51,049 nt of DNA from Chrysochromulina tobinii (GCA_001275005.1 JWZX01003175.1:1-51049); one strand, 5' to 3'. Counted from the stretch's first letter, positions 31,146 to 42,602 are shown. Numbers and translations are program-made. The notes: generated by a model not told the origin, from the letters alone.

Positions 31146-32798
31146 GCGCCGCCGCCGCAGCAGCAGCAACAGTGGCAGCAGCACAACGCGCCGCCGCCCG
31201 CGCAGCAAGCGCCCCAATACGGGCAGGCGCAGGGAGGCATCCAGCGTGACGGTGCGGCCACGATCATGCCCATCATGGCGCTCAACCCGTACCAGAACAA
31301 GTGGACGATTCGCGGGCGGCTTATGGAGAAGGACTTCCGTAAGTACTCGAATGCCAAGGGCGAGGGCAAGCTCTTCAACCTGATGGTGGCGGACGCATCG
31401 GGTGAGATCCGCGTGACTGGCTTCACCGATGTGTACGAGCAGATCTACGACTCGCTCGTGCCGGGCGCCGTGTACCTCATCTCGGGCGGCTCGCTCAAGC
31501 CCAAGAATCCGCAGTACAACACGACGGCGCATACCTTCGAGATGACGCTCAACCGCGGCTGCACATTTGAGGTGACCGAGGAGCCGCAGGGTGCCGAAGA
31601 GATCGCGCGGCACAACTTCAAGTTGGTGCGCATCGATCAGCTCGAGCAGCTGCCGGACAATGCGCAGGCGGACGTGTGTGCGATCGTCGTCAGCTGCACC
31701 GAGCCGCAGACCTTCGTGGCGAAGACTTCGGGCAAGGAGATGACGAAGCGCGTACTCGAGCTCGCCGACCAGAGCCAGACGAAGATCGAGCTCACATGCT
31801 TCGGCGAGCCGAAGCAGCAGCTCGGCGAAGGCATGGCGATCGCGGTGCGCAACGCCAAGGTCGGCTCGTGGAACTCCAAATCGCTCACCATCTGGGGCGA
31901 CAGCCAGATCACGATGCACCCGGATATCCCGGTCGCGCATGAGCTGATGGGGTGGTGGCGAGCGCACGGCTCGTCGCAGCAGCTGCGCTCGCTCTCGGTC
32001 GCGGGCGCGAACGGCGGCGGCGGCAAGCCCGCGCGGCGCATCTACTTCAGCGACATCGAGGAGCAGGCCCTCGGTCTCAACGGCGAGCCTGACATGTTTC
32101 AGGCGCGCTGCCGCGTCACGAACATCAAGACCGACCAACGGCAACTGTGGTACATCGCGTGCCCCCACTGCAAGAAGAAGCTCACGAACGTCGACGAGAT
32201 CGGCGATCTGCAGGGGCACTGCGAAAAGTGTGATAAGACGGTCGGCGGCCAGCGCCGCTGGATCTTTCAGGCCACGTGCAACGACTCGTCCGGCTCGCGC
32301 TACGTGTCCTTTTTCGACGAGACCGCGACGATGCTCCTCCAAGGCAAGTCGGCCGACGAGATCGCCCAGCTCAAGGAGTCGAACCCAACGGCCTTCGATC
32401 GCCACTTTCTGCGCTGCTGCTTCTCGACGTACATGCTCAAGGGGCGCATCAAGAACGAGGACTACAATGGCGAGCAACGCATCAAGGTTTCGTGCACCGC
32501 GCTGCAGCCCATCGACTTTGTGGCCGAGGGGCGCCATCTGCTACATGAGATCCTGCAGCATATGGGCGTAGGCGCCGGCGCCGGCGCCGGCGCCGGCGCA
32601 GCGTACGGCGGCGCGGCCTACGGCGGCGCGCCGTACGGCGGCGCGCCGTACGGCGGCGCACCGCCGGTGATGATGGCCGGCGGCGCTCCCGCCCACCACG
32701 GCGCTCCAGCCCACCACGGCGCTCCAGCCCACCACGGCGCTCCCGCCGGCATGGTGAGCATGCCCTACGGCGACGCAGCGTACGGCGGCGCCTACTGA
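30972..32798 (+). CDS. RPA1: Replication protein A large subunit-like (OB-A, OB-B, Zn-OB-C); start may be upstream (30495)
   Basis: PIMALNPYQNKWTIRGR, GEGKLFN, DASGEIRVTGF, WYIACPHCKKK..CEKC, polyQ N-terminus, Gly/Ala/Tyr-rich tail. Confidence 0.93.
31049..31143 (+). repeat. (CAG)n polyglutamine tract
   Basis: Interrupted CAG run encoding polyQ in RPA1 N-terminus. Confidence 0.9.
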
Positions 32799-33201
32799 GG
32801 AGGCTGACGAAACTGACGAAACTAAGGAGGGTGACGAGCGGGGCAGCAAAGCACGGCGGGCAGCGGCGGACTGCGACGAGATTTGGGACGCATGTACGCC
32901 ACGCCGCCCCGGGTGGCGGCGGCGGCGCAGCTCCAAGTACGGCCCGGGCGAAGCAGCCCGTGCGCCGCGTGGACGCGTGGACCTCGCTGGCAGCGGTGTG
33001 CACCTGTGGCGGGCGCGAGCGGGCAGGGACTGGGAGGCAACAAGAGCTCGAGAGACGGGGCCCATGGGTGACCGTGGGCCACGCGGGCGAGCCCAGCCGG
33101 CGCGGGACGCCGGGACCGGTGCAGGCGGGGGAACTCAGGGTCAGCTCTGAGGGTCGAATTTCGTAACTGTTAAACGTATATTCACAGCCGATTCACGCGA
33201 A

Positions 33202-34581
33202 TTGATCGAGACGTCTGTGACACTCAGCGCCGAAAGACCAGCGCGCGCGCGCGAGCCGCCATCGCCCGAGAGCGCGTCGCCATCGATTGCGGAGCTCGAG
33301 GCGAAGGTAGCCTCGCAGGCGACTGATACGGACTCGTTGGTCGCCAAGGAGGAGGCCATCCATTTGCTCTCGGAGCACTACGCAGAGACGGCACAGGCGG
33401 ACAAGCTGGTGGCTCTCGTGGCGGCGCTGCGACCCTTCTTCGCCGTGGTGGCGAAGGCGAAGACGGCTAAGATCGTGCGCACCCTGATCGACCAGCTCGC
33501 CAAGATTCCCAACACGCTGCCGCTGCAGATGCAGCTCTGCCGCGACTCGATTGCGTGGTGCAAGGCGGAGAAGCGCTCGTTCCTCCGCCAGCGCGTGGAA
33601 GCGCGGCTGGCCGCGCTGCTGCTCGAGTCGAAGATGTACACCGACGCGCTCGCGCTGCTTGACGAGCTGGTTCGCGAGGTGAAGAAGCTCGACGACAAGC
33701 CGCTGCTCGTCGAGATCAACCTCGTCGAGAGCGCGACGCACCACGCGCTGCGCAACCTGCCCAAGGCGAAGGCGTCGCTGACGTCGGCGCGCACCGCCGC
33801 GAACGCGATCTACTGCCCGCCGCAGCTGCAGGCACAGATCGACGTGAACGCGGGCATCATACACGCCGAGGAGAAGGACTACAAGACGGCCTTTTCCTAC
33901 TTCTACGAGGCGCTCGAGAACTTCGACTCGATCAACAGCCCGCGGGGCGAGGACTGCGTCAAGTACATGCTGCTGACGAAGATCATGATGAACAACCCGG
34001 ACGAGGTGACGTCGATCATCAACGGCAAGCCGGGCATGCGCCACCAGGGCGCGGGCCTTGAGGCCATGCGCGCCATCGCGACTGCGCACCAGCAACGCTC
34101 CTTGATCGAGTTCGAGACCGCCCTCTCGACGCACGCGGCGCACTTGACGGCGGATCCGATCATCTCCAACCACCTGGCGGCGTTGTACGACATGCTGCTG
34201 CAGGAGAACATCTGCCGCATCATCGAACCCTACTCGGTTGTCGAGACTGCGCACATCGCCACCGTGATGAAGTTGCCACTCGAGAAGGTCGAGCAGAAGC
34301 TCTCGCAGATGATCCTCGACAAAAAGTTCCGCGGCATCCTCGACGCGGGCGCGGGCTGCCTCGTGGTGTACGAGGACCAGGCGGTAGACACGACGTACGA
34401 CGAGGCGCTCGAGACCCTAGGCAACATGAGCAAGGTCGTCGATGCGCTCAATGTGAAGGCCAACAGCCTGGTGGGCGGCGCCTCGAAGGCGAAGGACGAC
34501 AAGGACGACAAGAAGAAGGAAGAGAAGGGCAAGGAGGGCAAGGAGGACAAAAATCTCATCAAGAAAAAGCCTAAAAAGTGA
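33202..34581 (+). CDS. RPN6: 26S proteasome regulatory subunit RPN6/PSMD11; true start uncertain (possible first exon 33064-33139)
   Basis: KAKTAKIVR, EKRSFLRQ, EVKKLDDK, AKASLTSARTAANAIYCPP, DYKTAFSYFYEA, PCI domain IIEPYS..VEQKLSQMILDKKF.GILD. Confidence 0.95.
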   Translation: MIETSVTLSAERPARAREPPSPESASPSIAELEAKVASQATDTDSLVAKEEAIHLLSEHYAETAQADKLVALVAALRPFFAVVAKAKTAKIVRTLIDQLAKIPNTLPLQMQLCRDSIAWCKAEKRSFLRQRVEARLAALLLESKMYTDALALLDELVREVKKLDDKPLLVEINLVESATHHALRNLPKAKASLTSARTAANAIYCPPQLQAQIDVNAGIIHAEEKDYKTAFSYFYEALENFDSINSPRGEDCVKYMLLTKIMMNNPDEVTSIINGKPGMRHQGAGLEAMRAIATAHQQRSLIEFETALSTHAAHLTADPIISNHLAALYDMLLQENICRIIEPYSVVETAHIATVMKLPLEKVEQKLSQMILDKKFRGILDAGAGCLVVYEDQAVDTTYDEALETLGNMSKVVDALNVKANSLVGGASKAKDDKDDKKKEEKGKEGKEDKNLIKKKPKK

Positions 34582-35585
34582 GGCGCCGTGTGGCCTGGTC
34601 GGAGTGGGGAAGTGGACGGAGCGTGGTGCCGCTAAGTGATCGCGGCGAGAAGTGAAGCTCGACAGGAGCTGCGGCCCGGCGCCGAGCAGAGGCGCGATCG
34701 TGTCGTGGCATCGCGCGCCGGGACCCGGGGCCGTTGTAAAGTCGGAGAGCCGGCCAATTGGTGCCACGACAGCTCCCCGCCTGCCTCCGGAGATCGCTGC
34801 CGCGGAGAGCGGAGATAAAAACCGTTTTTTGTATAAATGGGGACCGGACGACGCGCGCCACCGCGGGGGCCGGTCGCCGGACCGCAGCGGAGCTCGCGCT
34901 CGGCTGTCAGCAGCTCAGCACCACAGCAGAGAGCAGTGGAGAGCGGAGGACAGCGCCGCGTACAGACGAGTCGGATGTCAACACGACATACACAACACCG
35001 CGGACCGAACGACAACGGACAAGGGCCGTGCAGCTCAATTGGTGTTAATTGGCCGCTAATAGAGGTAGCTGCGAGCGGAGGGAGCTTTTAGAGCGCGGGA
35101 GGCCGGAGCTATTTCCGTTACACGTTTGCACATCGCAGGCGCAGCTGTATGCCGGAGCCGTCTCCGGAACGATCGACGCCGTTTCAGATCATAACGCTTA
35201 TCAATCGAATGGGTTACCATAAATCATAACCCGGACGGCGGCGACGCGGCATAGACGGAAGACGCCCCGCGGCCCGCGGCGACAACTAGAGAGCTAGCGG
35301 CACGCCGCACGCCGGGGTTAGGGTTTTGTACGAACAGCTCAACACGCTACGGCCGTCAGGGCAGCAGGCAGGCCGAGTCTGTGTAAGAGAGCTCGCTCAG
35401 CTTCTGAGACTCGCTCGGGCAACCGCGCCGGCGGGAGGGGAAGTGTCTCTGGCGCGTCGCGCCCGCTCGCGCGTGACCCACCGCCCCCGGCAACATCACG
35501 CGGTGGTAGACCATGACGTAGACCGTTTACGAACTTGTACCTTACTTGATGTGTGCCTGTGATATGAACCTCGACCGCGCGAGGG

Positions 35586-36158
35586 CTAGAGCTCCTGATC
35601 AGCCCCGAGACTGTGGAAGAAATAAAAGTAGACCGCCGTCCCCAGTAGTAGTGCGGAAACTATCTTGGTGTTCCTCTTTATGCGGATGTATTCCTCCTCC
35701 ATCATCTTCTTCACCTTCTCCTCCAGGGCTGGCTTCTTCGTCTCGACGTACTTTATATCACTCAGCAGCTTGATCATCTCGCCGGCCACGGCATGGTGCT
35801 TATGCTTCGGATTCTTTGCGTACGCCTGCGCCAACGGCAAGACAGCCTTATGGCCTCTCTTCTCTGGAGCCGGGTCGGCCTTGAAGAGCAGAAGCAGCGC
35901 CTGCCACACACACGGCAAAGAATTCAGGTTGCAGTACGGGCCGACGCCGGGAAGCTTCAAGGGCGCGCGGTGCGGGGCTCGGCGCAAGGGCGTCTCCCTG
36001 CGCACCAACATGTCCACGTCGCCGTTCTCCACTGCCATGCTCAGTGGCGTCTCGCCAACATAGTTCACGTCCGGGCTTTGATGGCGTCTGAGAGCATTGT
36101 AAACTGTGTGGAGCCTTCCGGACCCGACATGAGAGATGAAGTCCATAGCCACGGACAT
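35586..36158 (-). CDS. Small ankyrin-repeat protein with C-terminal transmembrane anchor (exons 36158-36006, 35900-35586)
   Basis: NYVGETPLSMAVENGDVDML|ALLLLFKADP after removing 105-bp GT-AG intron; C-terminal IVSALLLGTAVYFYFF. Confidence 0.75.
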   Translation of the reverse strand: MSVAMDFISHVGSGRLHTVYNALRRHQSPDVNYVGETPLSMAVENGDVDMLVRRETPLRRAPHRAPLKLPGVGPYCNLNSLPCVWQALLLLFKADPAPEKRGHKAVLPLAQAYAKNPKHKHHAVAGEMIKLLSDIKYVETKKPALEEKVKKMMEEEYIRIKRNTKIVSALLLGTAVYFYFFHSLGADQEL

Positions 36159-36560
36159 CGCTGCCCGACGGCCGAAAGGCTTCGCCTCGGAGACGAAAGG
36201 CTCGCTCAATTTCCAAGTTCACCACTCAAAAATGGAAACCGTCTTCGGTTTTGCTGAAATCAAAATAAAGTGAGGAGACCAATTTAAACTCAAAGTGAAA
36301 GGGACATCAAGGGAGGCATTCGTTTCAGAGTCACTCCTAGTCCTGACTACTGGATTCGCACGCGCGCACAGTCACACATGCGAATCATGATGCGAATCCC
36401 GTGTACACCTGTGACCTGATTCCGCGCGCTAAGCCGTGTTTTGGTGCACGGCCCACGGCTATAACCTACACTGAGTACACGCGCGGAGCCCCGCGCGGAG
36501 TACTACTAGCCTGCTTGGAATCGTCTGTTGATCCAAAAGTGTAAAGTCGCCTCACAAAAG

Positions 36561-37524
36561 TCAGCGCTGCGTCAGCGCCAGCAGCCGCTCCATCTCCTCT
36601 GATGACAGTACATCTGCCTCCCCTTCATGCAGCGTGCCAAGTCCCACGGTACCGAAGCGCACCTGTGCATGCAAGATGGAGGGCTCAGCGCGAGGGTTGG
36701 GGGAGGCTGCAGGGCGAACGGGGCCCAGGTCATGTCCAGGTCCCACGGCGTATCAGCTCACGCGAAACAGGTCGTCCACGCTGTGCCCAAGGGCACCGAG
36801 CATCTTGCGGATCTGCCGGTTCTTGCCCTCCCCGCAGTACGATGCGTAGGGAGCGCGATTCGTCAGATTCGTCAGATTCGTCAGATTCGTCAGATTCGTC
36901 AGAGCGCGATGCGCGGCTGTTGTTGTCCGGCTGAGCGGTGCGCGCAAGTATGTCGACGCCACGGTCTAGCGCCTCAGCCCACCCGCCCGCTTGCAGCCTC
37001 TCGACCACACATGCCCGCGTGGCGGCTCGCGCACTGGCCCCAGATTTGGGCACGCTGATCTCAACGCCCGCCGCAAGACTCGCGAGCTCGCTGTCGGCAA
37101 GGCGGCGCCGCGTGACGACGTGGTACTCCTTATCGACAGAGCTTCCCTCCACGCCACGCCCCGGCCGCAGCAGCCGTGCACACAGCGCTGCGTCAGTTGT
37201 GAGAAGTAGAAGCCCACGGCTCGCTTTGTCCAACCGCCCGATTGGAACCACTGGCCGTCCCGCTGCTGTCAATGCGACCTGTCTCGCCAGAGTCGTATTG
37301 TGTTGCAAGATGTTCACGCCGTCCGAAGTTGGCAGCGTCGTGGACAGCACGCCAGCAGGCTTCCAGTACCGAAACACCAGGCGCGGCAGGGCACTGGCCT
37401 TCCCTTGGGCGTGTCGGCTGCGAAGGAAAGTGCGATGATTAGTCCAGCGTGCGTCATGAACCAGATGCACGCGGGAATGCACAAGGCCGCTCAAGGCCAT
37501 GAACAAAAGGCAGGATTGCTGCAT
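36561..37524 (-). CDS. RNA pseudouridine synthase, RsuA/RluE/RluF family (intron 36663-36761; apparent +1 frameshift at ~36830-36833)
   Basis: YWKPAGVLST, PIGRLDKASRGLLLLT (catalytic Asp), KEYHV, LRIVL/EGKNRQIRKM, LFR|VRFG; hydrophobic leader. Confidence 0.88.
36858..36903 (-). repeat. 9-bp coding repeat x5 (SDE)
   Basis: attcgtcag repeated five times on + strand. Confidence 0.9.
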
Positions 37525-38024
37525 CCACGTTTCAGGAGTATGCAGAGACGTGCCGTCTCCAGGGCCGGCCGCCCCTACACCAAGGCTTTCGGGACAAAGG
37601 AGATGAGCCTCTCCTGGGCTTTCTTGTTAACAGTGAAACAGGACACAGTGAAGACCGGGAACCGAATCTAAGACACGCTCTGGGAAGCGTTAAGCGGGTA
37701 AAGGTTAGAGCAACCGGTGATCTGCGAGCCTCTCCTGGTCGGGTTGTTTCCTGTGAACGTGAGTGCCGTTTCTGGAGTGTCGTGAAGAAAGGAACAAAAC
37801 TCCCTCGCCGCGTTGCCCGTTGCCTCGCCTTGCCAGCGGCGCTGCGCTCGAGCCGTGACCTGCCGTCCAAGCTGCCGTCGTCGCTTGCCGTCGTCGCGCT
37901 CTTGTCGTCGCGCTCTTCGGTCGTCGCGTGCCGTGAGCCGCGTGAGGTCGTGACGTGGGAGGAAAATTCTAAAACTGGGCTCGCGTTTCCGCGAAAACGG
38001 GGAAGCGGTAACGGTGCTAGATCA

Positions 38025-38600
38025 CTAGGCCCGCTTACTCTTCTTCTTCTTTCCGAACCCAGACGCTGAGCGCATTGCACGTGCACTGGGATCCGCATCG
38101 CTCAGGACCCCGGCACCGTCGTCGGCACCAGCGATGGCCGCTGCGGCAGACGGTGAGCCCTCTGGTGGCCGCGCCTCCTTAAGCTCGATGGCCACCTCCT
38201 GCAGCAGCTCGGAGCGGCCCTTGAGGTCCGCCCGAAGGCAGAAGACGGCCGCGGTGATAATGCCGAGGTTGACAAGCAGGTTGCCCGAGTCGGCCATGGC
38301 GTCCTTTTGGCCGACGAGGCGCAGGACGCTTACGTAGCTGGCAATTGATGCGGCGGCGATCGTCGCCGGGTACAAGAAGAAGATGCGCGCCTGCCGGAAG
38401 GGTGCGCGTACCTCGGCCGTCATCTTCACCTTTGTGCTGTATTCGCACATCGCTGGTGGCCGATCGCACCGTTGAGCACGTTGCATGGGCATGCACACGG
38501 GCATGGCCGAGCGTGTGATCGTCGCCAGAGCAGGTGCGTGCAACGCGCCGCTGCTGGCGAGGCAGCACGCGCAAAATGTCAGTGCGAAGCTTTTCGCCAT
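38025..38600 (-). CDS. Plastid-targeted membrane protein, DUF3493/LPA1-like
   Basis: Signal + transit-like leader MAKSFALTFCACCLASSGAL; AEVRAPFRQARIFF motif followed by two hydrophobic helices. Confidence 0.72.
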   Translation of the reverse strand: MAKSFALTFCACCLASSGALHAPALATITRSAMPVCMPMQRAQRCDRPPAMCEYSTKVKMTAEVRAPFRQARIFFLYPATIAAASIASYVSVLRLVGQKDAMADSGNLLVNLGIITAAVFCLRADLKGRSELLQEVAIELKEARPPEGSPSAAAAIAGADDGAGVLSDADPSARAMRSASGFGKKKKSKRA

Positions 38601-38797
38601 CGAAAACTCTTTCCGCGAGATCATTCGGGTCAAGCCTTGATGAAATGCGTCACTCGTGTCTGCTCCTTGGGTTGGTGCGAGGTGGTTTGGAGCAATTAAT
38701 GACGGTTTGATCATGGAATTGTGAACGTTTCGTCATCGACCCCCGCGGAGGTGACCTTCGTCGGCGAGCTTGTGCAGTCTCGTGCTGTTCCGAGCGC

Positions 38798-39310
38798 ATG
38801 GCTTCGACGGGCGGCCCACGTGCCGCGGGCTCCGGTCGAGCCGATGAAGGCAAGTTCAGGCAGCGCGTCGACACGCACTACAAAGTCATGGCTTCTGCAA
38901 AGAATCATATTCGCCTGTCGGGCAAGGTGGGCCTCGCGAGTTCAATGGGCTTTGTGGCGATGTCGGGCGCCGCGCTCGCGCAAGAGCACATGGCAGTTGC
39001 CGCTATCTCGTTCTTCTACGCTGTCCTTGGCGCTGTAACCCACCGCGCCTGGTCTGGCGCTGCGGGCAGTGGGAACGCGGAGAAGAATGCCGCCTCATAT
39101 CAGAGTATGCTACGCGTAAATGGTCTCTCTTTGCTCACTGCCTTTTCGGCCATCGTTCTATTCGACAGCCCACCCATGAACATTCTCCTCGGCTTCGGCG
39201 GAGTCTGGGTCATCAGCATGGTGGCCTGTGCCATGGCCTACAGGGCAACCTCGTCGCTGCTCGACGCGTTCAAGCAGCAGAAGGATAAGGCTGCAAGCAA
39301 GGCGAGTTAA
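38798..39310 (+). CDS. Jagunal-like ER membrane protein
   Basis: N-terminus MASTGGPRAAGSG...FRQRVDTHY..K resembles the conserved Jagunal start (MASRxGPRAxGTDGSDFxHRERVAxHY); four hydrophobic helices; basic C-terminus. Confidence 0.75.
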   Translation: MASTGGPRAAGSGRADEGKFRQRVDTHYKVMASAKNHIRLSGKVGLASSMGFVAMSGAALAQEHMAVAAISFFYAVLGAVTHRAWSGAAGSGNAEKNAASYQSMLRVNGLSLLTAFSAIVLFDSPPMNILLGFGGVWVISMVACAMAYRATSSLLDAFKQQKDKAASKAS

Positions 39311-40452
39311 ACATGAAGAAGCGCGCGGATGCGTTGCGTGGCGCAGTATATGGAGGATGTCGGCTCCACGTGTGGGTCGCTCTGCGGCTGTGTGAGATCG
39401 GTCCTCACTAGCGCCGACCTCCGCTCGTGTAAACACACCACACTTGTACGCGGCGTTGCAATCATTTGTGAGCGGCGACCGGAGCTCCGGGGAGTTCGGC
39501 AGAAAAATTAAGAACGGTCCGACGTCCACACGAGACACGTCCTCCACAGCTCCGGCCCACTCCCAGCGCCCAGGTCCAGCGAGACGCGCTCACAGCGTGC
39601 GGGTTGTCAGTTGCGTCGTCCCGGCCGCCGGCGGACCCTGCGTTAAACCCTGCGCAGACCAGTCGACCAGAGACGAGAGAGTCCGCACGATCATGATGAA
39701 GATTGAAGTGATGAAAAAGTCTAAATACTAAAGTGAAGTCGGATTCGAAGATGCGTCGTATTCGAAATATGTGTGCGCGGGGAATGGCCGGATAAATTGA
39801 GATCGATTGCGTGGATTACTCAGATACCAACAGTCGCACACGCACATTGCACACGCACACATGCGCTTTTAAACGTTATAAAACTATAACGTTATAAAAC
39901 TATAACGATCGCCTCGCGCGCCGTCCCGGAATCGTCCGCGACATGCGACCACGATCATGCGACTCGCTCGTCAAAGCTCGTCATCGAATCCGTCTCCGCG
40001 GCGCGTGCGGTGCGACCCGCGCCGGGCGTCGGTCGGCGTTATGTACTATGAAACCAAAAAAGTTAAAAGCGTGCCGCAGAACGCGCCAGTCGCGCCACGG
40101 TGGCTCCACCTCCAGGTCGGTGAACTCGGTGTGAGTCCAGCTGTCGCCGGTCCCCGGAGACCCCACCCTCAAGCAGCGCGACCGGCGTCGGCCGTCGCGT
40201 GAACCAGGGTAACGTCGTTTCTACTGAGCGTTTCATTGGATCTTGGAGGTTGCAGGCTCTTTGGTTGGAGCATGGGTTGGAGCCCGGCGCCGACCCCACC
40301 GCGGGGCCTGGTTAGCTTATTATTGAGCACAGCAGCACCTCCACCGCACGAGTGAGTTCATGCGCACCTCGAGAGAGAAGTGAGAACCTCTCCCGCCCGA
40401 CCTCAAGCCTCGCACCGAGTGAAACGCAAGTACCAAGTTCTTGCCGGCTTTG

Positions 40453-41797
40453 TTAGCGGGCTTTGGCTTTTGACCTTCGCTTGCTGCGTACCGGGCGACT
40501 CTCCTCGTAACGACGCTGCGCCTCGACCATCGCGCGCCGCGCCTCCAAATAGCGCGCGAAGGCGGCCGCCTCGTCGCCGGTGGCCACACGGCGCACGCCT
40601 CGAAGGCGCTCGACAAGCACGTCGACGGCGTCCATCCATGTTGGCGCCATCTCGAGCGCGAGCGTCGTCGAACCATTCAGTGCGGCCGGCTGCCCCATCA
40701 ACGGCTCCCTGTAGATAAGGGTCGGCGCTGCCGCGACGAGCCCTCGCTGGAGTCGTTGCAGTTCGGGCTCTGGCATCGCCAGCAATGTCTGGAGCGCCTG
40801 CCGCGCGCGCTCGGCGTACTGCTTGTGGTCACGCACGCGTGGTCGAGGCGCGCCATCCGTCCAGTCCAACAGGACGCTTGACTCGTTGTAGCTTGGCCCA
40901 ATGGTCCGGCCAGAGGGTCCGCTGTCCAGGATGGAAGAGGACGGGCACACAGCCGACCGAGAGGGCGTCCACGATGCCCGGCCGTGGCAGCGTATCGCCC
41001 GGCGGCTGAAGGCAAAAGTCCGCATCAGCGTACCGTTGGATGGCCTTCTCAGCGCCGTTGCCGCTCATCGAAATCCATACCCACTGGCACTGGTGCGCCT
41101 CGAGTGCGCGGCATGCGTTGCGGAGCGCCTTGCGCCACGCGACGAAGCCGTGAGCGTCCGCGTCGACGTGGCCCCACGAGGCGGCGGCGTACGCAATCCG
41201 CAGCGCACGCTTCCTGCCCGGACCCATCTGGTGCCGCTGCTGCGCCGCGAGCAACGGCGTGCGAGCATGACTCAAATAAGGCACCACGAGCCGGCGACAG
41301 AACCCGCGTGTGCCGCGACCAGCGGCCTCGGACTGCAGGCCGGGCACATTGCCGGTCACGCGCACGATTGGGTCGGCAAGGCCCTTTTCGCAGCTGCGCT
41401 GCGCACCCCACAGGCCCGAGCACAGGGCCGTGCCGGAGCCATCCGCATCTGGCCCGCCGATCACGACGAGTGGCCGTCCGGGGCAATGGCGCTCGCCCAG
41501 CTCAGCGAGCCGTGCGGCGATGCCCGGCCGACATGCGGCCCTTGCCTCCGCGGTCGAGTTGCGGCTGCCCATCGGCGACGCAATCACGCAGCATGTTGCA
41601 GCCGCGGCGTTGGCAAGCCGCGCCCGGTGGCGCGCAAGCCGGTAGAGGACGACGTGTGGCAGATCGTGCCAGTCGCTCATATGAAAGTGGCTCTCCGCCG
41701 GCAGCCCCGTCAGCGGACGGCCCCACGACGGCAGCATGCGTGCGAGCGTCGCTGTGTGATTGTCCTCTTCCTCCAAGAGGTAGAAGAACGACGCCAT
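40453..41797 (-). CDS. Exostosin-like (GT47) glycosyltransferase; apparent +1 frameshift near 40897-40899
   Basis: VVPYLSH, ADFCLQPPGDTLPRPGIVDALSVGCVPVLF; C-terminal LLAMPEPELQRLQRGL..APTLIY..DAVDVLV lies in the adjacent frame. Confidence 0.82.
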
Positions 41798-42602
41798 TTT
41801 CGTTCACAGGGGCTTCCTATGGTGTGTGCGAGTGTGAGGGAATTTCTCAATAACTCACTCACTCTCACTCACCATGGTATCACCGAGGACAGTATACTGG
41901 CGGCTTGGCTGGCGGAGGCGAAGTGAGAACAACGCTGACTGAATTTAACTCGGGAGAGGCTCGGTGGACGGTGGTCGGTGCCCTTGTGACCCTTGTCGAC
42001 CGCACCTCCACCTGCATACCACCTGCACGGGGTACAGTGTGAATATGTTGAGATTTTCGCAAAAAGGGACGATCGTATAGTCTCTCCTGAGGTCTCCGCA
42101 CGGTCTTTGAGCGTCTGAAATTTAATTAATGTCGTAATTCAAACGCTCTTCGACGAAGCACGCCTTTCAATCGATACCGCATAGGTTATAGGTCGAACTT
42201 CCACACCGGTCACAGAGGTGGACTGCCGCGCATGGACTATGGCATGCCATGTGCTACTCACCGTATACTCACCGAGTACAAAATGACCGTCTGCCGACCA
42301 AGAACGGGGCAACGCAATACCGCGATCGTTCACCGATTTGCGATTAGGCGCGTCCCAATTAGAACTCCACATTTCTGCAGAGATTATGGGTGATGCGTGG
42401 CAGTCTGGGCGCGCGATGACCACATGCCCACCGCTGCCGGCCCGAATCGCCTCCTCCTTCTCCTTGCCTTCTGCATCGGCTTCTCCTCGAGCACCGATGG
42501 CCATTCTGCATCAATAATCTCCGGCCTCATCTCTACTCCGCGATCTCCCGCGATCTCCCCAGCTGTGTACGAGATCCTATTCGCGAGGAGCACCACACGG
42601 AC

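Noticed and set aside
30870..34254. Long minus-strand ORFs (555 aa, 353 aa)
   Set aside because: Antisense shadows of RPA1 and RPN6 caused by strong codon bias
34582..35585. Short ORFs in a ~1-kb gap
   Set aside because: No motifs, mutually overlapping, typical of GC-rich non-coding DNA
36352..36399. 9-bp inverted repeat ggattcgca/tgcgaatcc
   Set aside because: Too short to support a structured RNA or MITE; no target-site duplication seen
39690..39910. Possible C/D snoRNA (ATGATGA boxes) and a 16-bp AT-rich duplication at 39872-39903
   Set aside because: No convincing D box, terminal stem or guide sequence; duplication is only two copies
40901..41926. 341-aa and 289-aa plus-strand ORFs
   Set aside because: Antisense to the exostosin-like gene, no motifs
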